Below, piece after piece: positions 15,958 to 24,722 of a DNA stretch of 29,719 bases (its first letter is position 1; each line of letters begins with the position of its first letter). The DNA lies in IMG/VR virus record IMGVR_UViG_3300044580_000546, positions 1 through 29,719 of that record; one strand, written 5' to 3'. The DNA is from a virus (Duplodnaviria > Caudoviricetes). A program made the translations under genes and the position numbers. The notes under the pieces were generated by a model, which was not told where the DNA came from, ran no database searches, and saw only the letters and a list, made by a program, of their open reading frames with translations.

Positions 15958-18527
15958 CCGCTGTCCTCCGCCGGGCCGCGCGGCCCCCCGGCCCCTTCCG
16001 TCTCTCTTTCTCCCTCCCCTCCAAGCAAATTTTGCGATGTGGGGGGTGTGGGGGGTGAGGGGTCGGGCGCGCGCGCACCCCCGCCCGTCACCGCGTTAAA
16101 GGTGGAAACCCCCTCCACCCCCCACATTGTGGGGGATTGCAGGGACGGAGGCAGCGCCGCCAGCGCGTACTGCTGGATGCCGCCGTGGTTTTTCAGCGGC
16201 CAGGTGAGGCCGAACGCGCTCTCCAGGTTCTGCTGCAGGTGGTCTTTGAGCGCCTTGCCCATGCGCACCTTCGTCCATTTCTCCCCGTCGAACCCCTCGC
16301 ACCGCGCCGTCAGGGCCTCGTGCATGTCCGTCATCGACCCCTTGAAGCCCGTCGCGCCGAACGCCTCGACCAGAAACTCGCCCAGCGCGTCGTTCCTCAG
16401 CGAGAAGACCGCCTTCGACTGCTGGGTGTCGCCGAGCAGCGCCTCGGCCTCCTCCTGGCACCCGATCGCCCGCGCCAGCCGCCACGCCGTCCGCGCCCAT
16501 CCGGGGTGGCGCGGGTTCATCCCGGCGGGCGGCTCCGCCCTGTCCGCCAGCGCCCGGCACCAGGCGCGGCAGAGCCACGTCAGCCCCGCGTCGCGCGCCT
16601 CGTCCACCTCGTTCGACAGGTCGCCCTCGTCGCGCGTTGCCTTGTCGCCGCGCGGCAGGATCTCCACCGGCAGCAGACGGTCGGCCACCGTGAAGTCCGC
16701 CGCGAAGTACGGCCTGACCCCCGTGACGGCGACCCAGCACCGCGCCCGCTGCGTGACAAGCTCGGTGTCCTTGTAGTGCATGCGCTTGGTGTAGCTCGCC
16801 CCGGTCGCCACCGTGCAGAGGCACCCGTTCAGCCACGGCACGAACTGGTCCGCGTTGTCCAGGCAGAACATGCCCCCCGAGTCGGCCGCCGTCCAGAAGT
16901 TGTCCATCTTGTAGTCCCGGTCGATCATCTGCGCCCGGTCCGGGATCCCGTAGAGCCGCTGTATCATCCGCGCCACCATGGTCTTGCCGCCCCGCCCCTT
17001 CCCCGCCAGCAGCAGGACGGGCTTGGTCATGCCGGGGTGGAGCGGCATCGAAGCGCACCACAGCTCGGCGATCAGACCCGCCCCGCGCTTGACGGTCTTC
17101 ATCCCGCTGAACACGGTGCATCGCGCGAACGGGTTCTCGCCCCCCCCCTCCAGCAGTGTCCACGGCGCGCACTCATGACCCTCCAGGAAGAGGACTCCGT
17201 CCGTCCCGTTGTCCACCGTCGCCGCCCCCTCCGGCGTGCAGCGCACCACCCGCCCGTCCCCGCAAGAGACATACACCGCGTTCCCTTTCCTGCACCAGTA
17301 CTTCTCCGGCACGATCCCCCGCGTCGCGCTCCCCGCCAGCGCCTCGCTCGCGACGCGGGCGAGCAGCAGTTTGAAGGTCGCGCTGGCCGCGTTGACCTGT
17401 GTCGACACCGACAGCCACGCTTTGAAGGCGTCCCGCCCTGTGTAGTACAGCGTCTTGGTCACGGCGTCGAAGTAGAGCGAGGTGGACTCCGTTTTCGCCT
17501 CCAGGTTGTAGTAGAGCCTCCCGCGCCGCGCCAGCCACTCCATCAGCGCCGCCTCGAGCACCTTCTGGCGCGAGTTCTTGTCCAGATTGCTGTTCCCGTA
17601 CGCCGCCACGAACGCCCCCCGCAGCGCCGCCACCGAGCGCGGGTCGTCGTCCGGCAGCGTCCCGGCACCCCCCACAGGGGCGGCTTTTTCCGGAGGGGGG
17701 GCGGGGGAGGGCGGGGGAGCGCCGCCGCCTCCGGCGGCGGGAGAGGGAGCGGCGGCCGGCCCTCCTTGGGCCGGCCCTCCTGTCCCGGCGTCAGCGCCCC
17801 CGCCGGAACCGCCGTGCAGCGCCTCCCGTATCTCCCCCTCGGCGAAGCCCGCGTCCAGGAGCATCCCCAGCGCGTCCGGCGGCTCCCAGGGCGGCGCGGA
17901 GCGCGCCGCCGCCCGGAGCCCCTCCGCCGTCCCGCCCAGGTCGAACCACTCCGCCGGCCCCGCGGGTTCGCGCCCGGCGATCTCCGGCAGCCTCATGCAC
18001 CGCACCCGCTCCGGCGGGCGCGACGCGCAGACCGCCGCCCGCGCCTGCTCCGCCCGCAGCGTCTCCGCGCGGTCCGCCAGCGCGCGCTGCACCGTCAGCC
18101 GGCCGCGCCCCGGCCTGTCGCGGCCGCAGACCACGACGACGAGCTGGAACCCCTCCAGCCAGCCGTTCCACTCCGGCATCCACCCGTCCCGGCCCTTCTC
18201 CCGCGCCGTGCACGTCGCCGGGATCCCGCGCTCCCAGAGCGCGTCCGCGTCCTCCTCCGCCGGGACGATCCACACCCCCGCCCCCCAGGACGCCTCCCGC
18301 CCCGCCTCCAGCAGGTCGGGCAGCCGGTAGGGCAGGGGCGCGACGCCCCACTTCGCCCTGCCGAACCGCCACTTCGTCGGGTCCTTCGGGTCCGGGCAGC
18401 GCACGATCCTGCTCCCGTCCGCCCGCCGCGCCGCCTGGTAGACGATCTCCTTCTCCGCGTTGCGGTAGTTGTGCCGCGCCACGATCTCCGGCGGCGGTCT
18501 CCGCCCCCTCTTCCCGCGCTCTTCCAT
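15942..18527 (-). CDS. Replication protein: TOPRIM-like N-terminus + P-loop ATPase/helicase
   Basis: PLPYRLPDLL...VWIVPAEEDADALWERGIPAT; Gly/Pro linker; VLLLAGKGRGGKT, FCLDNAD, ATGASYTKRMHYKD, ADRLL. Confidence 0.8.
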   Translation of the reverse strand: MEERGKRGRRPPPEIVARHNYRNAEKEIVYQAARRADGSRIVRCPDPKDPTKWRFGRAKWGVAPLPYRLPDLLEAGREASWGAGVWIVPAEEDADALWERGIPATCTAREKGRDGWMPEWNGWLEGFQLVVVVCGRDRPGRGRLTVQRALADRAETLRAEQARAAVCASRPPERVRCMRLPEIAGREPAGPAEWFDLGGTAEGLRAAARSAPPWEPPDALGMLLDAGFAEGEIREALHGGSGGGADAGTGGPAQGGPAAAPSPAAGGGGAPPPSPAPPPEKAAPVGGAGTLPDDDPRSVAALRGAFVAAYGNSNLDKNSRQKVLEAALMEWLARRGRLYYNLEAKTESTSLYFDAVTKTLYYTGRDAFKAWLSVSTQVNAASATFKLLLARVASEALAGSATRGIVPEKYWCRKGNAVYVSCGDGRVVRCTPEGAATVDNGTDGVLFLEGHECAPWTLLEGGGENPFARCTVFSGMKTVKRGAGLIAELWCASMPLHPGMTKPVLLLAGKGRGGKTMVARMIQRLYGIPDRAQMIDRDYKMDNFWTAADSGGMFCLDNADQFVPWLNGCLCTVATGASYTKRMHYKDTELVTQRARCWVAVTGVRPYFAADFTVADRLLPVEILPRGDKATRDEGDLSNEVDEARDAGLTWLCRAWCRALADRAEPPAGMNPRHPGWARTAWRLARAIGCQEEAEALLGDTQQSKAVFSLRNDALGEFLVEAFGATGFKGSMTDMHEALTARCEGFDGEKWTKVRMGKALKDHLQQNLESAFGLTWPLKNHGGIQQYALAALPPSLQSPTMWGVEGVSTFNAVTGGGARAPDPSPPTPPTSQNLLGGEGERETEGAGGPRGPAEDSGWDAL

Positions 18528-18528
18528 T

Positions 18529-21192
18529 CTACCGCCGCGCCTTTTCCTTCCGCTGCCACTCCGCGCGGATCTCCAGCGCCCGCGTCGCGACGCGCACCGC
18601 GTCCAGCGCCGCCAGCGCCTCCAGCGCCTCCGCCTCCCGGCCCCACGCCGCCAGCTCGCCGTTCTGGCGCGCCTCCCGCAGCAGGTAGGCGGCGGAGACC
18701 TCGCCAGGGCGCGGGAAGCCCTCCTTGACGGACGACCACAACGAGCGGGCGCGCCCGTCCTCGCGCGTCTTCGCCGCCCGCGCCAGCGCGGCCCCGCGCC
18801 CCGCCGGGCCGTAGGCCGACGGGCTGACGCCGTAGACCGACGCCAGCGCCGCCAGGGCGGGCCAGTCCGGCGCCGCGCACGCCGCCGCCAGGCCGAAGAC
18901 CGCCTCCGCGTGCGCCGCCGCCGTGATGTCCTTCTCGGAGGGCGGCTTCGGCCGCCTCTCCGCCTGCGGCTTCGGGGCCCAGCGCACCATCCCCGCCTCC
19001 GGCCCGTCCGTGATCAGCACCGGCACCGGGTGCGCCGCGTCGCGCTCCGCCGCGTAGGTGTAGGCCGCGCCTCCCTTAGCCTCCAGGACCGCCCCGTGCG
19101 CGTGCCGGAGTTCCGCCCGCTGCTCCCGCACGTAGAGCTTCAGCTTGAGGCCCCAGCACTCCGGGTCCATGCACCGCGCGTCCGGGCTGCCGTCCGGGGC
19201 GGCGTCCCCGCCGCCGAAGAGGTCCGGCCCGCCCTCCTCGGCGTCCGACCGCTTCGCGCAGCCCCGGCACCACTCCCCGTGCCGCTCCGCCCACGGCGCG
19301 GCCGACAGCCTGTGCTCCATCTCGGCCACCAGCGCCCGCAGCGCCTCCGGCCTCCCGGACACCAGCTCCGGGTCGCCGCCGCTCTCCACCGCGTACAGCA
19401 CCTTCGCGGAGACCCCCTCCGGCAACCGCGCCGCCAGCTCGACGATCTCCGGCCCCCAGCCCTTTCCCGCCACGTATGCCCGCCACGCCGGCGGCAGCCG
19501 CGCCATGGCGCGCCGCCGGGCCACGAACCGCTCGCTCACCCCCAGCATCGCCGCCACCGCCGCCGGCGCGTGCCCGCGCCCGAGCAGCCGCGCCACGCCG
19601 TCCGCCTCCTCCAGCGGCGTCAGGTTCTTCCGCTGGAGGTTCTCCACGTTGAGCGCCGTCTCCGCCTGGGCGTCCGTCATGTCGCGCGCGTCGCACGGCA
19701 CCGGCTCGCCCGGCCGCGCCGCCCGCCACGCCGCCAGCCGCCGGTGCCCCGCCACCAGCTCGTAGTTCCCGCCGCCGAGCGGCCGCACCACCAGCCGCTG
19801 GAGGAGCCCGTTGGCCTTGATCGACTCCGCCAGCTCCCGGATGCCGTCGCCGTCCGGGCCGGTCCGCCCCCGCGTCTGGAACGGGCTCCCCGCGATCCGC
19901 CCCGGGTCCAGCAGCAGCGCCTCCCCCGGCGGCGCGGCGTCGGGCGGCGCGGCCGTCCGCTCCGCCGCCCGTGTCGCCGCGTCCGCTCCGTCCTCATCCG
20001 TCTCCGGCCCTGCCGTGGCGGAGGGCGCGGGCTCGCCCGCGCCGCCGGTCGACGCATCCGCCAGCCGCTTGAACACGACAGCGGCGCACTCCTTTTTAAC
20101 ACAAAAACACAGCGGCACGCCGTCCTCGCGTGCCGGGCACGGGCCGTCCGCGAAGCAGCACGCTTTCACGCACATCCCTTCGGAGTCCTCCATCTCCACC
20201 GCCCTGTACTCGCTCCCGTCCGGCCCGCGCAGCACCGCGAGCGTCCCGTCCGCGCGCCCCGGCGTCGCCTCCAGCGTCCAGGCTGCGCCGTCCGCCTCCT
20301 CCGTTGCGCTCGTTCCCGTCGCCGGCAGCCGCGCCAGCTCCTTCTCCGCCCACCTGACCACCTTCATCGCGCCCGCCTTCCCGTTGTCGGCGTCGCCGCG
20401 CAATGCCCGCATCACCTCGCGCAGCCCCGCCGCCAACGCCGCCGCCCGCGTCCCGTGCGTCCTGTTCTTCTCCGACAGCGGCCCGCAACCCCCGTGCCCA
20501 TCGGCCAGGAATTCCGCCTTGCACAGCCAGCAGCCGGGCCGCACCTCCAGCGTCAGCACGCGCGCGCTCACGCGTCCGCTTTTGAAATCGATCCCGGACG
20601 CCCCCTCCTCCGGGTACACCCCGTGCTCGTTGGGGACGGGCCAGCCGGCCCCAGGGTCGAACGCCGCGACCTCCGCCGGCTCCTCCGCCACCGTCACCGC
20701 GCCCGCATCCCTCTCCGCCTTCTTCATGGTCTTTCCCTTTCCCTTTCGCCATCCAGTGCCAGTCGGCGCGTTCACGCGCCGCTCCGCATACGCCCCCAGC
20801 ACCGCCACCCGCCCCTGCGAGAGCGTCCAGCCCTTCCGCCAGATCACGCCGGCCCGCTCCATCTGCTCCACGAGCTCCGCGGCATCCGCCCGCAGCCCGC
20901 CCCGCGCCTTCATCCGCGCCAGGACGGCGCGGCGCAGTTTCAGCCCCTTTGCGTGGGGCCACTTGTCGGACCCCGCGGCGGCGCGGGCCCGGGCCGCGTC
21001 CCCGTCCAGCCCGTCCCTCTCCGCCTCGGCCCAGGCCAGGTGCCCGTGGCAGAGCGTCAGGTTGTCCTCCGCCCGCATCGAACAGTAAACGGCGCCGTCG
21101 CGCCAGATGCGCCGCCTGTACATCCTGATCTTGCGCTGCCACTCCGCGATCTCCGCGCCGATGTCGCGGGCCTGCGCCTTCCTCTTTCCCAC
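18529..21192 (-). CDS. ParB/Spo0J-domain protein with long N-terminal extension
   Basis: ELAESIKANGLLQRLVVRP...YELVAGHRRLAA...ENLQRKNLTPLEEA + HTH; C-terminal CxxC motifs; second RBS-equipped ATG at 20727. Confidence 0.85.
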   Translation of the reverse strand: MGKRKAQARDIGAEIAEWQRKIRMYRRRIWRDGAVYCSMRAEDNLTLCHGHLAWAEAERDGLDGDAARARAAAGSDKWPHAKGLKLRRAVLARMKARGGLRADAAELVEQMERAGVIWRKGWTLSQGRVAVLGAYAERRVNAPTGTGWRKGKGKTMKKAERDAGAVTVAEEPAEVAAFDPGAGWPVPNEHGVYPEEGASGIDFKSGRVSARVLTLEVRPGCWLCKAEFLADGHGGCGPLSEKNRTHGTRAAALAAGLREVMRALRGDADNGKAGAMKVVRWAEKELARLPATGTSATEEADGAAWTLEATPGRADGTLAVLRGPDGSEYRAVEMEDSEGMCVKACCFADGPCPAREDGVPLCFCVKKECAAVVFKRLADASTGGAGEPAPSATAGPETDEDGADAATRAAERTAAPPDAAPPGEALLLDPGRIAGSPFQTRGRTGPDGDGIRELAESIKANGLLQRLVVRPLGGGNYELVAGHRRLAAWRAARPGEPVPCDARDMTDAQAETALNVENLQRKNLTPLEEADGVARLLGRGHAPAAVAAMLGVSERFVARRRAMARLPPAWRAYVAGKGWGPEIVELAARLPEGVSAKVLYAVESGGDPELVSGRPEALRALVAEMEHRLSAAPWAERHGEWCRGCAKRSDAEEGGPDLFGGGDAAPDGSPDARCMDPECWGLKLKLYVREQRAELRHAHGAVLEAKGGAAYTYAAERDAAHPVPVLITDGPEAGMVRWAPKPQAERRPKPPSEKDITAAAHAEAVFGLAAACAAPDWPALAALASVYGVSPSAYGPAGRGAALARAAKTREDGRARSLWSSVKEGFPRPGEVSAAYLLREARQNGELAAWGREAEALEALAALDAVRVATRALEIRAEWQRKEKARR

Positions 21193-21207
21193 GGCCTCCT
21201 CCTCCCG

Positions 21208-21519
21208 TCACTCCGCCTCCCGGAACCCGCCCCGCCCCGCCCAGGCGTCCAGCGCCCGCTGCATGGACGCGCGGTCCGGCCGCGGCCCCAGCCTGTCCAG
21301 GAACCGCGGCGGCAGGCCGCGCCCGCGCCCGACCGCCCACCACAGGCCCCCCGCGCCCGCCCGCTCCGCGCGGAACACCCGCCCGTAGGCCGCGTACGCC
21401 CTCGGCGGCGGCCCGCCGTCCCCCGCCCGGCGCGTCCGGCGGGCGCGCCGGCGCGCCTCCAGCGCCAGCAGCGCCCCCGCGTACCCCGCGTCACTCCCGT
21501 CCGCCAGCGTCCATCCCAT
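21208..21519 (-). CDS. Hypothetical protein
   Basis: 103 aa, GGAGGG RBS, fills the operon gap. Confidence 0.55.
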   Translation of the reverse strand: MGWTLADGSDAGYAGALLALEARRRARRTRRAGDGGPPPRAYAAYGRVFRAERAGAGGLWWAVGRGRGLPPRFLDRLGPRPDRASMQRALDAWAGRGGFREAE

Positions 21520-21532
21520 GGCCGTCCCTCCG

Positions 21533-21838
21533 TTATTCCGCCGCCCCGCGGAAGCCCTGCATCCCGTGCCGGACGCCGCCCGACGGCCGCGCGTGCCGGT
21601 GCCCCGCCACGCCGCCCGCCGCCAGGCTCCGCGCCACGAACGCCTCCCACTCCTGGGGGCGCACCCGGTACGAGTTCCCGCCCAGCTTGACGCCCCTGAG
21701 CGCCCCGCTCTTGATCAGGCGCGTCACGTAGCGCGTGGGCTTGCGCAGCAGGAGCGCCATGTCCGCCACCGTCAGCATCGCCTCGAACCCCTTCACCCGC
21801 TGCCTCTCGACCGCGGCCGTCACCGCCACCGCTTCCAT
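21533..21838 (-). CDS. Excisionase-like HTH DNA-binding protein
   Basis: MLTVADMALLLRKPTRYVTRLIKSGALRGVKLGGNSYRVRPQEWEAFV (HTH_17-type). Confidence 0.82.
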   Translation of the reverse strand: MEAVAVTAAVERQRVKGFEAMLTVADMALLLRKPTRYVTRLIKSGALRGVKLGGNSYRVRPQEWEAFVARSLAAGGVAGHRHARPSGGVRHGMQGFRGAAE

Positions 21839-21859
21839 CCTTCCGCCTCCTTCCCTTCT

Positions 21860-21967
21860 TTAAAAGCGCAGTGCGATCCACACCCACAGCGCCCCGAACG
21901 CCGCCCCGCACAGCCACGCCCACAGCGCCAGCCACAGGCACCCCCGGAGCGTCCCGCCCGCGCTCAC
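21860..21967 (-). CDS. 35-aa hydrophobic membrane peptide
   Basis: GTG overlaps the DHH stop, preceded by GGAGGG; MSAGGTLRGCLWLALWAWLCGAAFGALWVWIALRF. Confidence 0.5.
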   Translation of the reverse strand: MSAGGTLRGCLWLALWAWLCGAAFGALWVWIALRF

Positions 21968-22899
21968 GCCCCGCCCTCCGCCGCCGCCGGCGGCTCGAAA
22001 TACACCAGCGGCGAGAGCCCCGCCGGCAGCGTGAAACCCGCCGCGCCCCGGTGCCCGCCGCCGCCGTGCCGCGCCGCGAACTCCCCGCAATGCACGTCCC
22101 CGTGCCCGTTCTCATACAGGTGGACCTTCCACTTGTCGCGGTCGAACCCCCACAGGATCCGCATCCGGTGCTCCGGCCGCGCGTATGCGTCCAGGACCAG
22201 GCTGCCGCCCCGCGCGTTCGCCGCGCAGCAGAGGCCCACGCCCTCCACCTCGCAGTCGTACCCCGCCGCCAGCGCCGTCCGGCGGCTGTTCTCCCGCTCG
22301 AACCGCAGGCAGGTCGCGCCGTCCGCCAGGACCGCGTGCAGCGCGATGCCGGTCGCCGGCCCCCCGCCCAGCAGCTCCTGCCAGAGCCCCTCCTCGTCCG
22401 TCCCGTCGGGATCCGTCCGCGACAGCCGCAGCCCGTACTGGAACGGCAATATCCGCGACTCCCACGCCTCCGCGTCGCCCCGGTCGAACACGTCGTACCG
22501 CCCCAGCATCCGCACCGCCGCCGGCTCGTCCCTGCCCGGGAAGAAGTGCCGCCACGCCAGCCTGCACGCCGCCGTGCCGACCTTGCGCAGGCCCGCGATC
22601 CTCCGGCACGGCTCCCCGGCCGAGCGGATCGCCGTCTCGTGGTGGTCGATCCAGACCAGGCCGCCGCCGTGCAGTTCCTCCATCGCCTGCAGCGCGAGCC
22701 AGGCCTCCCCCTCCGGCGTGAAGTCACAAACCACCGCCATCGAGTCCGGCCCGGCCCCGCACAGCCAGTCGACGTCGTCCCCGTAGTCCACCCCGTGCGG
22801 CACATACTCATGCCCGTTCAGCCCGCACCACCTGCGCACGATCGCGCCCGAGCAGTGCCCGTCCAGGTCCGCCCGGTGGTAGAAGCAATGCACCTTCAT
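21964..22899 (-). CDS. DHH/DHHA1 family phosphoesterase
   Basis: ATG 22899; YHRADLDGHCS, VVCDF, WIDHH, GGGGHRGAAGF. Confidence 0.9.
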   Translation of the reverse strand: MKVHCFYHRADLDGHCSGAIVRRWCGLNGHEYVPHGVDYGDDVDWLCGAGPDSMAVVCDFTPEGEAWLALQAMEELHGGGLVWIDHHETAIRSAGEPCRRIAGLRKVGTAACRLAWRHFFPGRDEPAAVRMLGRYDVFDRGDAEAWESRILPFQYGLRLSRTDPDGTDEEGLWQELLGGGPATGIALHAVLADGATCLRFERENSRRTALAAGYDCEVEGVGLCCAANARGGSLVLDAYARPEHRMRILWGFDRDKWKVHLYENGHGDVHCGEFAARHGGGGHRGAAGFTLPAGLSPLVYFEPPAAAEGGA

Positions 22900-23234
22900 T
22901 CCAGGCCCCCTTCCGCCGCGGCTTCCCTGCGCTTGTCGTCGGTGGTCATGAAAGGGCGGCTTTCCCGCGACCGCATGGCCCGTTCCTTCCGCGCGGCGTG
23001 GGCGAGCGCGAACGCCTCGTCCGACAGCTCGCACCAATGGCACCCTGCCTCCGAGCGGTCAGCCGCCACGATGCGGCCGAACCTCACGAAGCCCTCCCTG
23101 TTCCACCGCTCCGCAGTGTCATGGTCGGCCTTGTTCATCCGTCTGCCGTCGACCCGCCCCGAGTGGTCCACCTCCCGCGTCTCGAGGTAGAGCAGCAGGG
23201 CTCGTTCATCCCGCGTCATTTCCTGCACCTTCAC
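22896..23234 (-). CDS. Hypothetical phage protein
   Basis: GTGA/ATGA coupling at both ends; MTRDERALLLYLETREVDHSGRVDGRRMN... Confidence 0.7.
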   Translation of the reverse strand: MKVQEMTRDERALLLYLETREVDHSGRVDGRRMNKADHDTAERWNREGFVRFGRIVAADRSEAGCHWCELSDEAFALAHAARKERAMRSRESRPFMTTDDKRREAAAEGGLE

Positions 23235-23602
23235 CCCGGGCCTCCTTCCGCTCCCAGCGCCTCCAGCCGCGCCGCCTCCGCCTCCATCGTCGCCGCGCGG
23301 ACGCGGGCCTCCTCCCGGACCGCCAGCGCCCGCGCCCGCAGGCAGTCCGCGTCCGACCGGAGCGCCAGGTCGTCCAGCGCCTCCTGGGCCGTCGGCCCGT
23401 ACCCGCGGATGTCGCTGTCGGCGGCCTCGGCCGTCCACGTCCGCGCGTCGCCGCCGATCCCCGGCACCCGCAGCCGGAGCACGATGTCCGGGACCGGCCC
23501 CGCAGGGTTCTCCCGCCGCCACGCCTCGACGATCTCGCCGCACGCCCGCGCCGCGGCCTCCAGCGCCGCCGCGTCCGTCTTGCCTATCACGATCTTCTTC
23601 AT
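23231..23602 (-). CDS. Hypothetical protein
   Basis: MKKIVIGKTDAAALE...; purine-rich RBS; coupled overlaps. Confidence 0.65.
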   Translation of the reverse strand: MKKIVIGKTDAAALEAAARACGEIVEAWRRENPAGPVPDIVLRLRVPGIGGDARTWTAEAADSDIRGYGPTAQEALDDLALRSDADCLRARALAVREEARVRAATMEAEAARLEALGAEGGPG

Positions 23603-23958
23603 GGCCTTTTCCCTTTCCGTGTGTCCTGTGTGTTCCGTGGTTCCCTTTCCGTCCCGCCGGCCCCGCCGCCCACCGTCGGCGGCAGCCCCTTCCGGTGCCG
23701 CCCCAGCGCGTCCCCGCGCACCCGCACCACCGCCGGCACCTCCGTGTCCGGCTTCAGGCCCCGCGCCCGCGCCGCCGTCAGCGGCCGCCCGCGCGAGTCC
23801 AGGCACAGCGTCTCGAACCCCGCCGCCCGCAGCGCCTCCGCGATCATCCGGCACGCCCACTCCTGGCACTGCCCCACCGAGCCGCTCACCGTCACGTGCA
23901 GGATGCTCCCGTTCGTGTGCACCCTCACGTCCCGCCTCAGCGTCATCTCGCCGCTCAT
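23599..23958 (-). CDS. Hypothetical protein
   Basis: MSGEMTLRRDVRVHTNGSILHVTVSG...; ATGA overlaps on both sides. Confidence 0.55.
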   Translation of the reverse strand: MSGEMTLRRDVRVHTNGSILHVTVSGSVGQCQEWACRMIAEALRAAGFETLCLDSRGRPLTAARARGLKPDTEVPAVVRVRGDALGRHRKGLPPTVGGGAGGTEREPRNTQDTRKGKRP

Positions 23959-24341
23959 GGCCGGGCCTTTCCCTTCCCTGCGCGCGTCTTGGCGTCCGCC
24001 TTGGCGAACGCGCCGAGCAGCCGCGCCAGGTCTTCGCTCCGCCGGGCCCTCTCCCTCAAATGCGCCGCGTATTCCCGGCGGTCGTCCGCCTCGTCCGCCA
24101 CGCTGTTGCGGCTCCCGGACAGCTCCTGGCGGACGACCACCGCGACGGCCTCGTCGCACGCGCATCCCGTCTCCCCGTCCGGCCCCGGGTTCCCGTCGCA
24201 GTCTATGCTGAAGACGCGGTACCCCTTGTCCGCCAGCGCGGCGGCGACCAGTCCCGCCGCCACGCTCTTGCCCGCTCCGGCGGCACCCCTGATGACGATC
24301 TCGAGGCACGCGTCGGCCTCCCGCACATGTTCCGGCCTCAT
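23955..24341 (-). CDS. Small P-loop protein resembling a ParA N-terminal fragment
   Basis: IVIRGAAGAGKSVAAGLVAAALADKGYRVFSIDCDG; only 128 aa. Confidence 0.6.
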   Translation of the reverse strand: MRPEHVREADACLEIVIRGAAGAGKSVAAGLVAAALADKGYRVFSIDCDGNPGPDGETGCACDEAVAVVVRQELSGSRNSVADEADDRREYAAHLRERARRSEDLARLLGAFAKADAKTRAGKGKARP

Positions 24342-24386
24342 GGTGTTCCCCTTTCCTTATCCCGCATTCAGTCCTGTGCCGCGCGT

Positions 24387-24602
24387 TCACGCGCGGGCCG
24401 CCTCCTGCACGATGGGGGCCAGGCTGCACGTCCCGTCCGGGCGCACCGCGCACAAACTCGTTATCCGGCTGCGGTATTCCGCCGGCGTCACATGGAAGAA
24501 CGGGCGCGCTTGGAAGCGTTTCACGATCCCCAGCGCCTGGGCCTTCGTGTGCAGGCTCTCCGTCCCGTCCGCCCGCCTCATCAGATACAGCTTGGTTGTC
24601 AT
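24387..24602 (-). CDS. First early gene (Cro position), function unknown
   Basis: 71 aa MTTKLYLMRRADG... after AAGGAAGG; first ORF downstream of the leftward promoter. Confidence 0.6.
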   Translation of the reverse strand: MTTKLYLMRRADGTESLHTKAQALGIVKRFQARPFFHVTPAEYRSRITSLCAVRPDGTCSLAPIVQEAARA

Positions 24603-24675
24603 ACCCGCCTTCCTTCCTTGCCCTCCCGGGCTTTTCGGTTTATCCTGTAAACGTCTGTTTTGGTTCAACGGCGCG

Positions 24676-24704
24676 TTTATACTACTGTTAGTTCTAACAG
24701 TCAA
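24676..24704 (-). promoter_or_regulatory. Leftward sigma70-type early promoter
   Basis: TTGACT (24704-24699) - 17 bp - TATAAA (24681-24676). Confidence 0.75.
24684..24701. promoter_or_regulatory. Putative repressor operator
   Basis: Perfect 8-bp inverted repeat ACTGTTAG-TT-CTAACAGT over the promoter spacer and -35, next to the repressor gene. Confidence 0.7.
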
Positions 24705-24722
24705 TACCAAAGGTTCTAAAAA

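Noticed and set aside
20728-24620. Recurring AAGGGAAAGG-type purine tracts before early genes
   Set aside because: Adequately explained as Shine-Dalgarno leaders.
274-24650. Many long plus-strand ORFs (e.g. 274-1779, 9329-11812, 11924-14014, 16137-18728, 18469-21690)
   Set aside because: Arg/Pro/Ala-rich antisense shadows of well-supported minus-strand genes, expected at this GC content.
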